NCBI RefSeq assembly: GCF_947568905.1
Contig: NC_079172.1
Coordinates: 65,410,001-65,474,000 of the forward strand
Direction of reading: 5' to 3'
Length of the DNA: 64,000 nt
Source of the DNA: Ostrea edulis
Taxonomy: Eukaryota
Every line of letters starts with the position of its first letter. Position 1 is the stretch's first letter. The position numbers were made by a program, and so were the translations under genes. Shown here one piece after another: positions 1 to 13,040 of this stretch. The notes under the pieces are model-generated. The model saw only the letters and a program-made list of their open reading frames with translations. It did no database searches and had not been told where the DNA came from.

Positions 1-1034
1 TGGCGGTCAAGCTGTTACACAATCCCAAACTGCCTTAATCTCACTGCCTTTTATTCATAGGAAAAGATAGATATGTAGTCTAAACATGGAAACCTAATGG
101 GTGAAGCAGTCCCAGTAATCAGAAGGGTGGTGCCGACAAAGCTCAATTATTTCCAGACAATGAGGAAGGACTGGGTCTCTCACATGCTTGGACTCGCCGA
201 TTCTTTTTTTTTAATGAGAGCATAATCAGCAACAAATTTAAAGGTGTCAACCCAAAGAGATATTCACAGTCTGTATTATAGATTAGGTATATACTGCGTG
301 TCAGTCACCAACATAACCTAACCTGTAAAAACCCATCAAATTAAAACATGATTCCTTCATAATCAGGAATAAAATTACACAGCACGACCCATATACATGT
401 CAAATGAATTAAAACTTTTAAACTGGCAAAACAAAAATTTGTTTTGAAATTAAGTTTTGTCAGTTGTATTATAGGAATAGATCAACATTGTACATTCACA
501 CGCTAAAAATTTCACTGTTCACAAAACTATATACTGCTACCACAATGCCTACCAGATTTATTGTCAGATTCCTAAACACTACTCCACAGATTTTTATTTG
601 GTCGGTGAAAATTGGTTATGGGCAAGTGCTCTGAAATCATGAAAACTGCTGAACCTTAGAAAAATGAAACATTTCTTGCTCAGACTTTTCAGAACACGTT
701 CTATTATATGAACAAGAGACAAGTTCTACACGTTAATCATTGATCATCCATCAATACACAACATCCCCTGCATACTAATTCAAAGAGATTTGTCACTGTG
801 CATAAATTATCCAGCTAGAGTTTGTAATACATACTAATAAGATATATCTTTGAGGATTTTAAGTATCATTAACATTTTTATATTTAATTGTATCAATTAA
901 TAATGTTGTATGTATACTACTCAAACCTAATAAGTAAAGAGTAGCAGGTGATCGAATGCCCCTCACAGAAATGAGCCTTTATGAATGTGAATTTAATAGG
1001 TCAAAAAATTCCCCTCAGTCCTTGGTCCACTTCT

Positions 1035-1330
1035 AACATTCAGTAAATATCCCTTAACCCAAATATCAAACTACCAGTCAGCTACGCATCTGGGAGGGGA
1101 GGGGGGGGGGTCTACAAACCTAGACACGTAAATAAATGTTCCCTAACCCAAATATCAAACTTTCAGTCAGCTTACGCATCGGGAAAGCAGACCGGGTGGG
1201 GGGGGGGGGGGGGGGGGGACGACCATCTACAAACAAGGATACGTAAATAAATGTTGCCTAACCTAAATATCAGACCACCGATCAGCTACTTATTATCAAG
1301 GAAGAAACAAATATCTACAAATAAGGACAT
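1035..1330. repeat. About 3 degenerate 100-130-bp units separated by poly-G runs
   Basis: CCTAACCCAAATATCAAAC...CAGCT(T)ACGCATC and TCTACAAAC..GA(C/T)ACGTAAATAAATGTT recur. Confidence 0.7.
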
Positions 1331-1869
1331 GCATCATTACACCACTGACACGCATCATTTAACATCTCGACTGGAGTTGTTGTTATTCCCCCTTGCAGAA
1401 GAGTTTCCGGGGGGGGGGGGGGGGGGGGGGGATAATTAAACATGATAGTGAATGTGTGAGTGACGCCTGAACACAAAATACATCCTTTTCACTTTATCAC
1501 TATTTTCTGTTGTCAGGGGATGCAGCACTCTCGTTTTCTGTTGTCAGGGGATGCAGTGCTCTCGTTTTCCAGGGTGAAGATTATCTTTATTTAACATCAA
1601 TTTATCATGGAGTACTTTACCATTTCTGACCTCTCCACAAATTCACAGCCTTAATTTTTAGTGAAAAATCATATTCACCTGAATCCCCCCTACCCACCCA
1701 CCAAAAAAAACTGAATTAAGTTCAAGATAATCTATTCAAATTATTAACAGTATTTTGTTATGATAGAATTAAATTGGATAAAACTATAAACTATAGAATC
1801 ATTTTAATAACTGAGAGAGACATGCAGCTTTAATGTTAAATCTAGAGGGTTTCCCCCTATACAAACATG

Positions 1870-3360
1870 TACATCTACAAAACAAATTAAACTTACTTGA
1901 AAAATATTGCAATGATTGGTGCTTAGAAATTAATACCAATAAGACAAAAGTAGTCATTTTTAATAAAAGCGGACACCTAATTAAAGAAAATTTTGTGTTC
2001 GGTAACATATGTATTGAATGTACTAACAAATATAAATATCTAGGAGTAATATTATCCTCCTGTGGTTCATTCAAGGAAGCAAAATCTTATCTATTCAATA
2101 AAGCTCTTAAGGCCTCATTCAAACTTTATAAAGACATCAAATCTATCGATCCACCAATTAAAACATTTTTGCATCTTTTTGACCATATCGTAAAACCCAT
2201 CGCCTTGTATGGCTGCGAGATATGGGGAACACTTTCAACACGCATGCTGGAAAAAGACAGAGATTTATATGATATCTTTAAAAATTGGGAGGTAGAAAAC
2301 CTGAATATTAAGTTTTGTAAACATCTACTGGGTGCCGGTAAAAGAAGTACTAATATTGCAATAATCGCTGAATTGGGTAGATATCCTATGTTCTGCTCTA
2401 TAATCCAAAGTATTTTACTATATTGGCATAGACTTGAGAATTGCCCAGAATCATCCCTGTTATACAGTGCTTATACAGAGAATATCAATCTGAATTCATA
2501 TAATATAAATTGTTGGCACAAAAACGTTAATTATTTTAAGGAAAAAATGGGCATTTTGGTACCCAATTGTAAAAATCTCAAATTCTCATTTTTCAAAAAA
2601 CAAATGAAGAATCAGGTACGGAAACAATTTTTACTTTACTGGTCAAAACGACGTGAAGAGGGTCAGAAATCAGGAAAACTCACAAAATATTTTTCGTATA
2701 AAGAAAACTTTACTATGTAAAGTTATATATTTTTAGAATCCCTAGAATTAAGAAAAACTCTATGTAGATTTCAAATTAGTGCACATGACCTTCGAATTGA
2801 AAGAGGAAGATATGAATTTACAAAAACCAATTCTGGCCAGAAGATTTCTTTAGAAAGAAACAAAAGAATATGTGAATTATGTAACCTTAATTGTGTTGAA
2901 GATGAATTTCATTTCCTTACTGATTGCCCATTCTATGTTGAAGGGAGAAATATATTTTTTAATGGTATATACAAGCTCAACAAAAATTTTATCTATCTAA
3001 CAAATAAGGACAAATTTACTTTGTTGATGATTATATAAATGAAGACAAACCAGTAATTGTCAAATTGAGTGAATATTTAGTGCAAACTTTCAGAAAAAGA
3101 AGTGATGCTTTAAAACTGCAAAAATCATTATAGTTTATTATTCATATATTGGTATAATACTGATACTGTCCATCTACTTGTATATATACATGATTAGCAA
3201 TTCATATATGTATGTACTTGTTTCCCCAACATGCTGCATCCACACGCAGTTTGCAGTCTCTGTAACCTGTAGTTCATGTTGTAAACTTTCTTTCTTTTTT
3301 GAATTTCCTTCTTTATAAAATGTCTTACTGTTATGCCCTCTGGGCCCAAAATTGGAAAAA
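1870..3360 (+). mobile_element. 5'-truncated non-LTR retrotransposon (RTEX/CR1-group-like): RT C-terminal half, thumb and C-terminal Cys/His domain, 3' UTR
   Basis: LQNKLNLLEKYCNDWCLEINTNKTKV, KYKYLG, KPIALYGCEIWG, ELGRYP motifs. After one in-frame TAA (2718) the frame continues RFQISAHDLRIERGRY...RICELC...VEDEFHFLTDCPFY. Ends TATGCCCTCTGGGCCCAAAATTGG. Confidence 0.9.
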
Positions 3361-3999
3361 TTGGAATTGTACGTGATTTTATCATCTGCCATTGGTTCAT
3401 CAAATAAATCGTATTGGGGACAGTGATATATACAAGAGGGGGGGGGGGATCCGGAGGTTGGAACCCCTTTCTGATGCATCTCTTTTGAGTGCTGAACTTA
3501 GTTCAACTTCCTAAGTCATTGGGCACAGCAAGCATGGATATATTGCAAGGGTCTTATGAGTGAGCCACATCACAGCTTCACTTTTGTTTGATACATAAAA
3601 CATCCACGAAAACATATAATCCTATATTCAAAACTCAATTCCTATACAGATAAGTTTGTTTCATATCAATAAAACAGTGATATGGATTTTTTCAATTTAT
3701 TGTGTATTTGTGAATAGGATAAACTCCAGCTTTAATTTTTCATGAGTATTATGAATGGGCCATCATTAATCTAGCACAATATGGACGAGTTCATCGCTGA
3801 TTAGAGGAGGCGATTGTTAAGCCATTAGTATATGTCCAAGAGTCTCTGCCTATAGTAAATAAATGAATGTACAAATTCACTGAAGCAAATTAACTTGACA
3901 AATTTAGTGGAAATATATCAATATTAAATAAAAAAAACCCAAAAAACCAGAAATATTAATTTGACATATAATTGAAAAATTTGTAATTAGTATTACAAA

Positions 4000-4175
4000 T
4001 AATCCCCGACTGTTATAATCTTCTGTAGCCAGTTTCTTTTTCTTTCTTTCTTTTATGTCAACATGTTACATGTACTGCTATCAATTTTTTACTTTCTTCT
4101 TTTATAAGTTACTCTTTACTTGTATGCCCTTAAGGGCCCCAAATTGGTCTCGATAATTTAAATCTATTCTATAAT
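4000..4175 (+). mobile_element. Second, short LINE 3'-end fragment related to the 1870-3360 element
   Basis: T-rich tract followed by TGTATGCCCTTAAGGGCCCCAAATTGG...AATCTATTCTAT, matching the terminal motif at 3331-3360. Confidence 0.5.
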
Positions 4176-4883
4176 TGATTCTTTTCTTTGAATTGTTCTC
4201 ATAAGAGAATCCACCTCTCTGGATTCAGAACACTTGGATTTCAAATACAAAGCATCTGATAATTAATTACTGTATCACAGGACAATTAAGTTCTGAATAT
4301 TTCCCCTCTCTCAAAATCCTATGGACATCTTACATTAATTATTAGGACTACTGATGTGAAGCCTGGATTTTCTGAGCCAATGTCACACCTTCTGACTCTA
4401 GATCTGTTGGATAAAAACAGGACAACCATAAAAGATACCCGACTCACAGAGATTTTATTTGACAAACCTCACTTTCACTTCCTGTCTATCCCGTGTTGTC
4501 ATGAATTTAACAAACCAACAGATTACTGAAACATACACTAGGGATAAGAAATGCGCTGTAAGTACACACTGCGTTGATTAACAGAACAGGTGAGAATAGA
4601 TATCTCTACAAGTTAGATATCAAAAGCTTCAACTGGTCAGCCATTATCTCTAACAGGGGTAGTCACATTTACAATTCTCCTCACCATACATACATGTACG
4701 TGTTCATTCAGAACAAGAAATTTCTGTGATGAAGAACAACATTGAAGCATTAGGGCACTATATCCATGAGGACTGTTTGTTTTGTAAATCTACTGTTACA
4801 TGAAAATAACTAAAAGAATTCAAGAGAATAGAAATTTTATGACAAATTAAAAGGAAATTCTCATCCCAGTGCCCATTACATAT

Positions 4884-5036
4884 GAGAGAGAGAGAGAGCA
4901 AGTGAGAGAGAGCAAGAGAGAGAGAAAGAAAGAGCAAGAGAACAAGAGAGAGAGAGGGGGAGAAGTGAGAGAAAGCAAGAGAGAGAGAGAGAGCAAGAGA
5001 GAGAAAGAGAGAGAGAGCAAGAGAGAGAAAGAAAGA
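4884..5036. repeat. Compound (GA)n/GAGCAA microsatellite
   Basis: Direct inspection. Confidence 0.9.
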
Positions 5037-6086
5037 GATTCTAATTGATGCCTCCTAACCTAATACTTGTCATTTAAAAAACCCAGTAATTTGCATATCT
5101 TAAAAAACACATATCGCTCTTTATTCAAAAGCATTATAAAGCATTATACATTACCTATCCACTGCATAAATATGAGTGGGTGACTTATCATTATCTAGAT
5201 AAATCCAGGATTTAAACCATTCTATAGAACTCCATAATAAGATTGAATAAATTTGTAATTAATTCACACATCAGGCAGTCAGAAAGAGGAAAAGAATTCA
5301 ACACCCAGAATCATAGTCAATCCACGAACCATTATAATAGAAAGCATCAATGCTATATATCATCAATTTCTATGGACAAGGTTCATTTTTCATACAGGCT
5401 CAGCCTGTTGCCTATTATCCTTAGTATGTTTTACAATCATAAAACAATTGTTCAATTTCTCATTTCGATCCTTTGAATACTCAAAACAGTTTGTCTCTCT
5501 CAATTTTTTTTTTTTTGTGTGTAAGCACTACCTTTGAACTTGTACACTTTCATCAGCAATCATATCATAAATTTCCTCCATATTATGTAGCAGTATAATG
5601 ACTGAATAATAACATGAGTTTTATTGCTACATAATACAGATATATGAATACACATTCCTTTATTTTAACAGGTCTGTAGATAATTTCATTATACTGCGCT
5701 ACATGATGTGTCGTAAGTTTTATTGACAACATTTTCAATCACATTTTAAAACCATGTTGTAACAAGTTACTGATAAAAATATCATATAAACTTCTCCATT
5801 AGTACATGAAAATTAGATTAATCAGTGAAATAGATCAGACACTGACCTAGATAATTTGAAAGAAGTAAAACTCCACATCAATATCGAAATAGGAAGTTTA
5901 TAGAGCAAGCCATGTTTATGGGTGAAATTCTGCTACACTTTCTCAGGTAATTAAATCAGATCAAAGCATTAAGAAATTAACAGTCACCCACAGGTAAACA
6001 GAGAGTATTGTCCAAAGTATTCACAGGGAATTAATTAAAGTCCAAGAACTTCTAATACAGGTGAGAATGATTTCAATTCATGGGGC

Positions 6087-6295
6087 ATTCTCACCCATAC
6101 CTCTGTAGACAACTAATTCTCACCCATACCTCTATACACAACTAATTCTCACCCATACCTCTCTACACAACTAATTCTCACCCATACCTCTCTACACAAC
6201 TAATTCTCACCCATACCTCTATACACAACTAATTCTCACCCATACCTCTATACACAACTAATTCTCACCCAATACTTCATTCTCACCCATACTTC
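6087..6295. repeat. 29-bp minisatellite, about 6.5 copies
   Basis: Unit ATTCTCACCCATACCTCTATACACAACTA. Confidence 0.92.
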
Positions 6296-6584
6296 TATAA
6301 GCTATAATTACTAAATCACTTTTCCAGCATTGAATCTTTACAGAGAAGAGTTTAATGTTTCCTATCAAATATGAAAAGACATCTTTCTATTACAATTTTA
6401 ATATACACAATGAAATACTTAAATCCAATGTGACATGAAATTTAAGTCACTAATTCAATGTTGATTCACTTTGATAGAAGAAGCTACCACCAAACTGAAA
6501 TTACAGCTAGCATTCACAAACTGATGTACTTCTTGATGTATTAATTACATAATTCATTACCGATATATTAATTAAAAATTCAGT

Positions 6585-6925
6585 AACGATATACTAATTA
6601 CAGAATTCAGTACTAACATACTAATTACAGAATTCAGTACTAACATACTAATTACAGAATTCAGTACTAACATACTAATTACAGAATACAGTACATGTAC
6701 TAACATACTAATTACAGAATTCAGTACCGATGTACTAATTACAGAATTCAGTACCGATGTACTAATTACAGAATACAGTGCTGATGTACTAATTACAGAA
6801 TTCAGTGCTGATGTACTAATTACAGAATTCAGTGCTGATGTACTAATTACAAAATTCATTACTGATGTACTAATTACAAAATTCAGTACTGATATACTAA
6901 TAAAAAATTCAGTACTGATGTATTA
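6585..6925. repeat. 27-bp minisatellite, about 12 copies
   Basis: Unit ATTACAGAATTCAGTACTAACATACTA. Confidence 0.92.
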
Positions 6926-7120
6926 ATCAATTTGATTTAATTAATGTACAGATTACTTTGGAAATACAGTACTGAAAACCCATGGCATCCAGAAGAAATT
7001 TCACTCTGTATGAAGGGCAATAACTCTTACATTCACCAATCCTCTACATATTCTTCCCACATCTGTGTTCTGACTGACCTCACCCCACTTTCACCTGAGA
7101 TTTATCACCTGAAATCTTAC

Positions 7121-7243
7121 CTGTGCTTGCTGTTCAAACTCCTCAAATTCCTGGAACAGTTCCTCCACTTTGGTCAAAGAATCTCCAATCTCGGACATTT
7201 TATTCAACAACCATTCTAATTTACGTTCCACTCCGAACTGATA
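7121..7243 (-). CDS. MCF2L: DBS/MCF2L-like GEF coding exon 9 (YQFGVERKLEWLLNKMSEIGDSLTKVEELFQEFEEFEQQAQ)
   Basis: TTCCTTTCAG acceptor, CAG|GTAAGA donor, 123 nt. IG.SL..VE.L....FE spectrin motif. The nine exons total 1446 nt, in frame. Confidence 0.88.
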
Positions 7244-7793
7244 CTGAAAGGAAAATCCACAAGACTTAGTTGTGTTTTTTCTACCATAGTTATAAACATC
7301 ATTTTCAAAACATAGACACTCAAGGTATTGTTCATTAAGAAGGAACAAGTAGGTTTTGAGTTAAACATAAATCTCCCTACGGCCGACCAATTATTATTAT
7401 TTATCATTATACCTTATTGATATCACCATGAAATGAGAAATTAACTATAAACGATAACATTAATTACTAATTAACATGTTAGACTTCAATACGAATGAGA
7501 AATTAACTATAAACGATAACATTACTAACTAACATGATAGACTTCAATTAGACACATCCAGTCTTTCAAAGAATATGAATTTTGTTTCCTATGCATAAAA
7601 TATTCATTGAACTAGAAACACATTTTGTAAATTTCAAAATCTTCAGGATTAATATATGTATACCAGAAAAATCGATCAGACTGCAATTTATAACATTTAA
7701 CTTTGACGCGTATCATTATACTTCATTACACTGTGATTGTACTGTATTCATCAAAGGACTATATTCATCAGTTAAAAAAACTAAAATACATAC

Positions 7794-7908
7794 TAGTTTG
7801 AATTCTTCCTCGAACTCTCTTAGAAGAAGTGTTTGATTCAATCGCTTCTCATGTTTATCCCAGAATCCCTCAAACTCTTTCTTAATTTCTTCAAGTTTGA
7901 TCAAAAGT
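7794..7908 (-). CDS. MCF2L: DBS/MCF2L-like GEF coding exon 8 (LLIKLEEIKKEFEGFWDKHEKRLNQTLLLREFEEEFKL)
   Basis: GTGACAG acceptor, CTA|GTATGT donor. F..FW.KH...L.Q.L.LR.FE motif of DBS. Confidence 0.92.
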
Positions 7909-8280
7909 CTGTCACAATGGAGAAAAAAGAATGATAATATACAATGATTGTTATAAATTATTGCCTTCGTCATAGAATAATTTTTGTTCAGTTAATGATT
8001 AAGTTACCGTTACTCTGTATCAGGGATTCAGCTATGAGAAAATACTCGTAGATTTTTACAATAAGTTTATTTGATCATTATACACAATATATTCTCTTTT
8101 GTATCTGATAACACAACTTGCTAGACATCATTTTATTATAAATTATTTTATTGTTATATGAGATGGAAGACATCATGTCTTATTTATATTCCAAACTAAA
8201 ATTTAAAAAAAACTACAATTAATTAAGTATATGTCATATAGTCCAAAAAATAAAATGTCTTTTAAAGAAAACCCACATAC

Positions 8281-8540
8281 TTATCTAGACTTCTGACATG
8301 TGTGGCCTGTGTAAAGTGAACATCTGAGTTATCTCCCCTAATACAGCTCAGCAATGTCTCTCCGTGGGTTACCGTGGACGTAATGTCATCGAGGATCTCC
8401 TTGCGGCCCTGGACGTGGTCTTGGATGAGTTTCTCCATCCCCGGGACGTCGTTCGGAATCTCTATCTCATCATATTTCTTCACCAGGATCTTTACAGCGG
8501 CAGACATCTTTTCTGTGTTGGATGCAAATTTTTCTACTGC
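8281..8540 (-). CDS. MCF2L: DBS/MCF2L-like GEF coding exon 7 (AVEKFASNTEK...EIPNDVPGMEKLIQDH...RSLDK), spectrin-like repeat
   Basis: CACCAG acceptor, AA|GTATGT donor (phase 2). Resembles the DBS segment AIESF...ELPNDV...H...EG..VL. Confidence 0.9.
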
Positions 8541-9849
8541 CTGGTGTGAAATTTTAAGCAAACAATGAATTGATCTTATAAGCAAATATCACATAGATTT
8601 CAATATACTTAATGCTTATGAGTTTTCACGGTACAAAGTTAATTTAATTCATCAATGTTGTACCCTACTATCTCTTCTATTGATTCAGTCTTTACTTAGG
8701 TTTTTAACATTATACCGTATTAGCTCTAAATCTGAAAGTTTTATTTTGTTGTAAAAATGTGCTATTATGATAGTTTTGTATATAATTTTTTAACCGTAGT
8801 CATTGATGAAATTAAAACAAAGTTTAAGATTTCATCAAAATAAAGATTTCAGTTCTATTGAATATATAGCATATTATACAGAAATCAATTTTTGTAATAG
8901 AAAGACAATAATGTAATTTTGCTTCTTCAGGGCCTCTGGATAGGTTGTTTAATACAAATATTAATAACAAAAGTTTATAAACCTATTTTTTCTGTCATTG
9001 AGATTGTACAATAATGAACTTAGAAACACTAATAAAATCTTCCTGTGACTTCTAGACTTGCAACTGACTGGGTGATCTTGTGTGAAACAAGGTATATGGG
9101 GTTAATCACGATTTCTCAAATGAATTTATTTTATCTCAGATAAAAAAGAAATAGCTCATTGTGATTTGAAATCTCTTACAAATTCTATCATTGATAAAAT
9201 ATTCAAGCTCAGCTCTGATGGGATATTCTCATACAATTCACCATGGGGAGGCCCTTCTGATCTAACTAGTATATCTCCCAGCTCTTTTGTCTATAAAAAT
9301 GGTATCCCATGATTTCATCATAATCTTAACGAAATAGATGGGGGACCAGGTGTTTATCACTCAATGAAGTGATAACATAAAATATATACCAAGGTCAAGG
9401 TCATTAAGACACTTACTCTTGATAGGAACATTGCACATGACTCAGCTGTAATAATGAATGATAAGGCCGAGTTCACACAATTACCAACAAAACTTGGTTA
9501 ACATGCATGGTCAGATCAGCATGATCAATATATCAACAGTTATACATGTATATGCACGATAGGTTAGTCTGTAATCACTAATGCCGGTTATAATAAAAAC
9601 AATTATATCACTGTTTACCAACGTATATTGATATACATGTGACTTGAGTTTGTCTGGGGTTTTACATGCACATGGTCATAGAAGTTCCCTTGATTTAAAC
9701 ATAATTTTTTAATATTTCATATATAATATAACAAAAGGTTCGAACACAAGTTCTTACACCTTACGAAGTTCTCACCTAAAAGTTCCCTTAAGATTTTTAA
9801 TGAAGAGAGATTTGAAGTAGAGAAGCATTGCATTTTGTTAATTACGTAC

Positions 9850-9966
9850 AGACTTATGTTGAGTCCACTCGTTAGCGTCAAATTCAAGTTTGCCTCCGAC
9901 ATCTGTTGTAATCTGGTCCTCACTGATGTAATCCAACATCTCGCTGGGCTCATTACACAACACAAC
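9850..9966 (-). CDS. MCF2L: DBS/MCF2L-like GEF coding exon 6 (VVLCNEPSEMLDYISEDQITTDVGGKLEFDANEWTQHKS)
   Basis: CCTTTGTAG acceptor, TCT|GTACGT donor, 117 nt. L..YI...Q.T.D.GG.L....W end of the SEC14 domain. Confidence 0.9.
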
Positions 9967-11505
9967 CTACAAAGGCAATATAAAGTTAATATCAAACATC
10001 TCACTGGGCTCATTACAAAACACTACCTACAAAGGCAATATAAAGTTAATATCAAACATCTCACTGGGCTCATTACAAAACACAACCTACAATGGCAATA
10101 TAAAGTTAATATCAAACATCTCGCTGGGCTCATTACATAACACTACCTACAAAGGCAATATAAAGTTAATATCAAACATCTCACTGGGCTCATTACATAA
10201 CACAACCTACAAAGGCAATATAAAGTTAATATCAAACATCTCGCTAGGCTCATTACAAAACATTACCTACAAAGGCAATATAAAGTTAATATCAAACATC
10301 TCACTGGGCTCATTACATAACACTTCCTACAAAGGCAATATAAAGTTAATATCAAACATCTCACTGGGCTCATTACATAACACTACCTACAAAGGCAATA
10401 TAAAGTTAATATCAAACATCCCACTGGGCTCATTACATAACATTACCTACAAAGGCAATATAAAGTTAATATCAAACATCTCACTGGGCTCATTACATAA
10501 GACAACCTACAAAGGCAATATAAAGTTAATATCAAACATCTCACTGGGCTCATTACATAACATTACCTACAAAGGCAATATAAAGTTAATATCAAACATC
10601 TCGCTGGGCTCATTACATAACACAACCTACAAAGGCAATATAAAGTTAATATCAAACATCTCACTGGGCTCATTACATAACATTACCTACAAAGGCAATA
10701 TAAAGTTAATATCAAACATCTCGCTGGGCTCATTACATAACACTACCTACAAAGGCAATATAAAGTTAATATCAAACATCTCACTGGGCTCATTACAAAA
10801 CACTACCTACAAAGGCAATATAAATTTAATATCAAACATCTCACTGGGCTCATTACAAAACACTACCTACAAAGGCAATATAAATTTAATATCAAACATC
10901 TCGCTGGGCTCATTACAAAACACTACCTACAAAGGCAATATAAAGTTAATATCAAACATCTCACTGGGCTCATTACATAAGACAACCTACAAAGGCAATA
11001 TAAAGTTAATATCAAACATCTCGCTGGGCTCATTACATAACATTACCTACAAAGGCAATATAAAGTTAATATCAAACATCTCACTGGGCTCATTTCATAA
11101 CACTACCTACAAAGGCAATATAAAGTTAATATCAAACATCTCACTGGGCTCATTACATAACACTACCTACAAAGGCAATATAAAGTTAATATCAAACATC
11201 TCACTGGGCTCATTACATAACACTACCTACAAAGGCAATATAAAGTTAATATCAAACATCTCACTGGGCTCATTACATAACACTACCTACAAAAGCAATA
11301 TAAAGTTAGTATCAAACATCTTGCTGGGCTCATTACAAAACACTACCTACAAAGGCAATATAAAGTTAATATCAAACATCTCGCTGGGCTCATTACATAA
11401 CATTACCTACAAAGGCAATATAAAGTTAATATCAAACATCTCACTGGGCTCATTACAAAACACTACCTACAAAGGCAATATAAAGTTAATATCAAACATC
11501 TCGCT
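9935..11505. repeat. 60-bp tandem array (26 copies) spanning the DBS exon 6 acceptor
   Basis: Unit AACATCTCGCTGGGCTCATTACACAACACAACCTACAAAGGCAATATAAAGTTAATATCA; exact 60-bp register. Confidence 0.97.
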
Positions 11506-12032
11506 AATTATCATTACATGACTGGCATAACATAACACTACCTTACAAAGGCAACATGATTTATTTCAAATATCTCGCTGGGCTCATTATCTAATCTAAT
11601 ATTACCTAGATGGGCAATATAAAGTTATATCAAACATTTTACTAGATTTGTAACTTTAGAGTGATTATTATCTTTATATCATTGAGCTTGTTACACGAAA
11701 TTACTGATAAATGGTAAATTAAAATCAGTTTACCGCACTCATTACATAACAATGCTTGAATTGGTAAAAAAAAAGTTTACTAATTTCCAAGTTAAGAAAG
11801 AAATTATCCATTAATATGATGTATTTGATTACTTTATGTACCAACTTAAAATATACTGAATTGCTCAAATCCTTTCCCCATGAATAAAAGTAGAAAGCAA
11901 ACCCAACATTCTTACAAACCTATATTAACATTGATGTTTTACACATATAAGAGAAGATTAAATATCTTTATATCCTTTCAAAATAATGCAATATAATGAT
12001 ATGTTAAAAAGGCCTTTAGCCCTGCACCTCAC

Positions 12033-12146
12033 CTTGAATTCTAATTCTTCTTTCACAAACTTGGATTTCATATCAGCAAAAGCTCTTTGGAAGAATCCCT
12101 TTGGTTGAAGTAGGAATACAACTTGTATATGGTTTGGGAAAAACTC
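12033..12146 (-). CDS. MCF2L: DBS/MCF2L-like GEF coding exon 5 (EFFPNHIQVVFLLQPKGFFQRAFADMKSKFVKEELEFK)
   Basis: TTCTTGGCAG acceptor, AAG|GTGAGG donor, 114 nt phase 0/0. FP....V..L.P.GFFQR motif. Confidence 0.92.
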
Positions 12147-12149
12147 CTG

Positions 12150-12321
12150 CCAAGAAACAATATAGACTATCAGTATTTAGAACCTACAGAAACAATATAG
12201 ACTGTCAGTATTTATTACACTCTACAGAAACAATATTGACTGTCAGTATTACACTCTACAGAAACAATATTGACTGTCAGTATTTATTACACTCTACAGA
12301 AACAATATTGACTGTCAGTAT

Positions 12322-12355
<34 letters not shown>

Positions 12356-13040
12356 TGTTTTGTTTGACCCGAGAAGCCTTCGGCTTCGGGCAACAGATCG
12401 GTTCTTGGGTCAAACAAAACAGTGTTGTCCGAGGACACCGTCCATAACTGTTTTGTTATACATCTTCGTTTTCTAAAGGTTGTTTTTACGAGATGCACAT
12501 GGTTTGTTGACTTCGAACTTTTAACAAGACAGTGTAATTTAACTGCGTAGTACGTTTATCAATGAATCCACTAATTAAAAGAAAACACACCCAATATCCG
12601 AATTAATAATCAATCATTACATTTTTCGTATTCCTGTTTAGTGTTTCATCTAATAAATTCTGTATTTCATCATCAGTTAAATCACTCAACCTCGCCATTG
12701 CATAAGCAAAGCAGCAGATCGATAATCACGTGACTTGCGTAGCCAATGGACAGAAGGCAGACTATTGCCCGGTCATTAGTTCGTAAACTGTTGACCGGTC
12801 AATAGATATGAGTGTGAGAATTGGTTTAACAGTTAAAATGTTAGTTCTAAATCGTATTAGTTTTATATAGGAAAGAAAATGAAGGTGTATAACAATACAC
12901 TCTACAGAAACAATGTTGACCGTCAGTATTTAGATTCTACAGAAACAATGGTTTTTAGATGTTACATAAACAATAGTATTTAGATTCTACAAAAACTGTC
13001 AGTATTTTTTACACTCTACAGAAACAATACTATCAGTGTT
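12150..13040. repeat. 35-39-bp array abutting the DBS exon 5 acceptor, split by the hairpin element
   Basis: Unit CTACAGAAACAATATTGACTGTCAGTATT(TATTA)CACT at 12150-12320 and degenerate at 12895-13040. Confidence 0.85.
12321..12892. mobile_element. Non-autonomous DNA element with long terminal hairpin (superfamily uncertain)
   Basis: About 50-bp arms at 12325-12374 and 12403-12451 are near-perfect inverted repeats. Termini TTATACA...TGTATAA. Interrupts a 35-39-bp array that resumes at about 12895. Confidence 0.65.

Noticed and set aside
1190-1432. Poly-G runs as functional G-quadruplexes (also poly-C at 23284-23310)
   Set aside because: Homopolymers are common in this genome and error-prone in assemblies; no functional context.
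4300-4412. Possible DBS exon 10 after TTTATCCAACAG (minus strand)
   Set aside because: The required phase-0 reading hits TAG at codon 2; no spectrin similarity.
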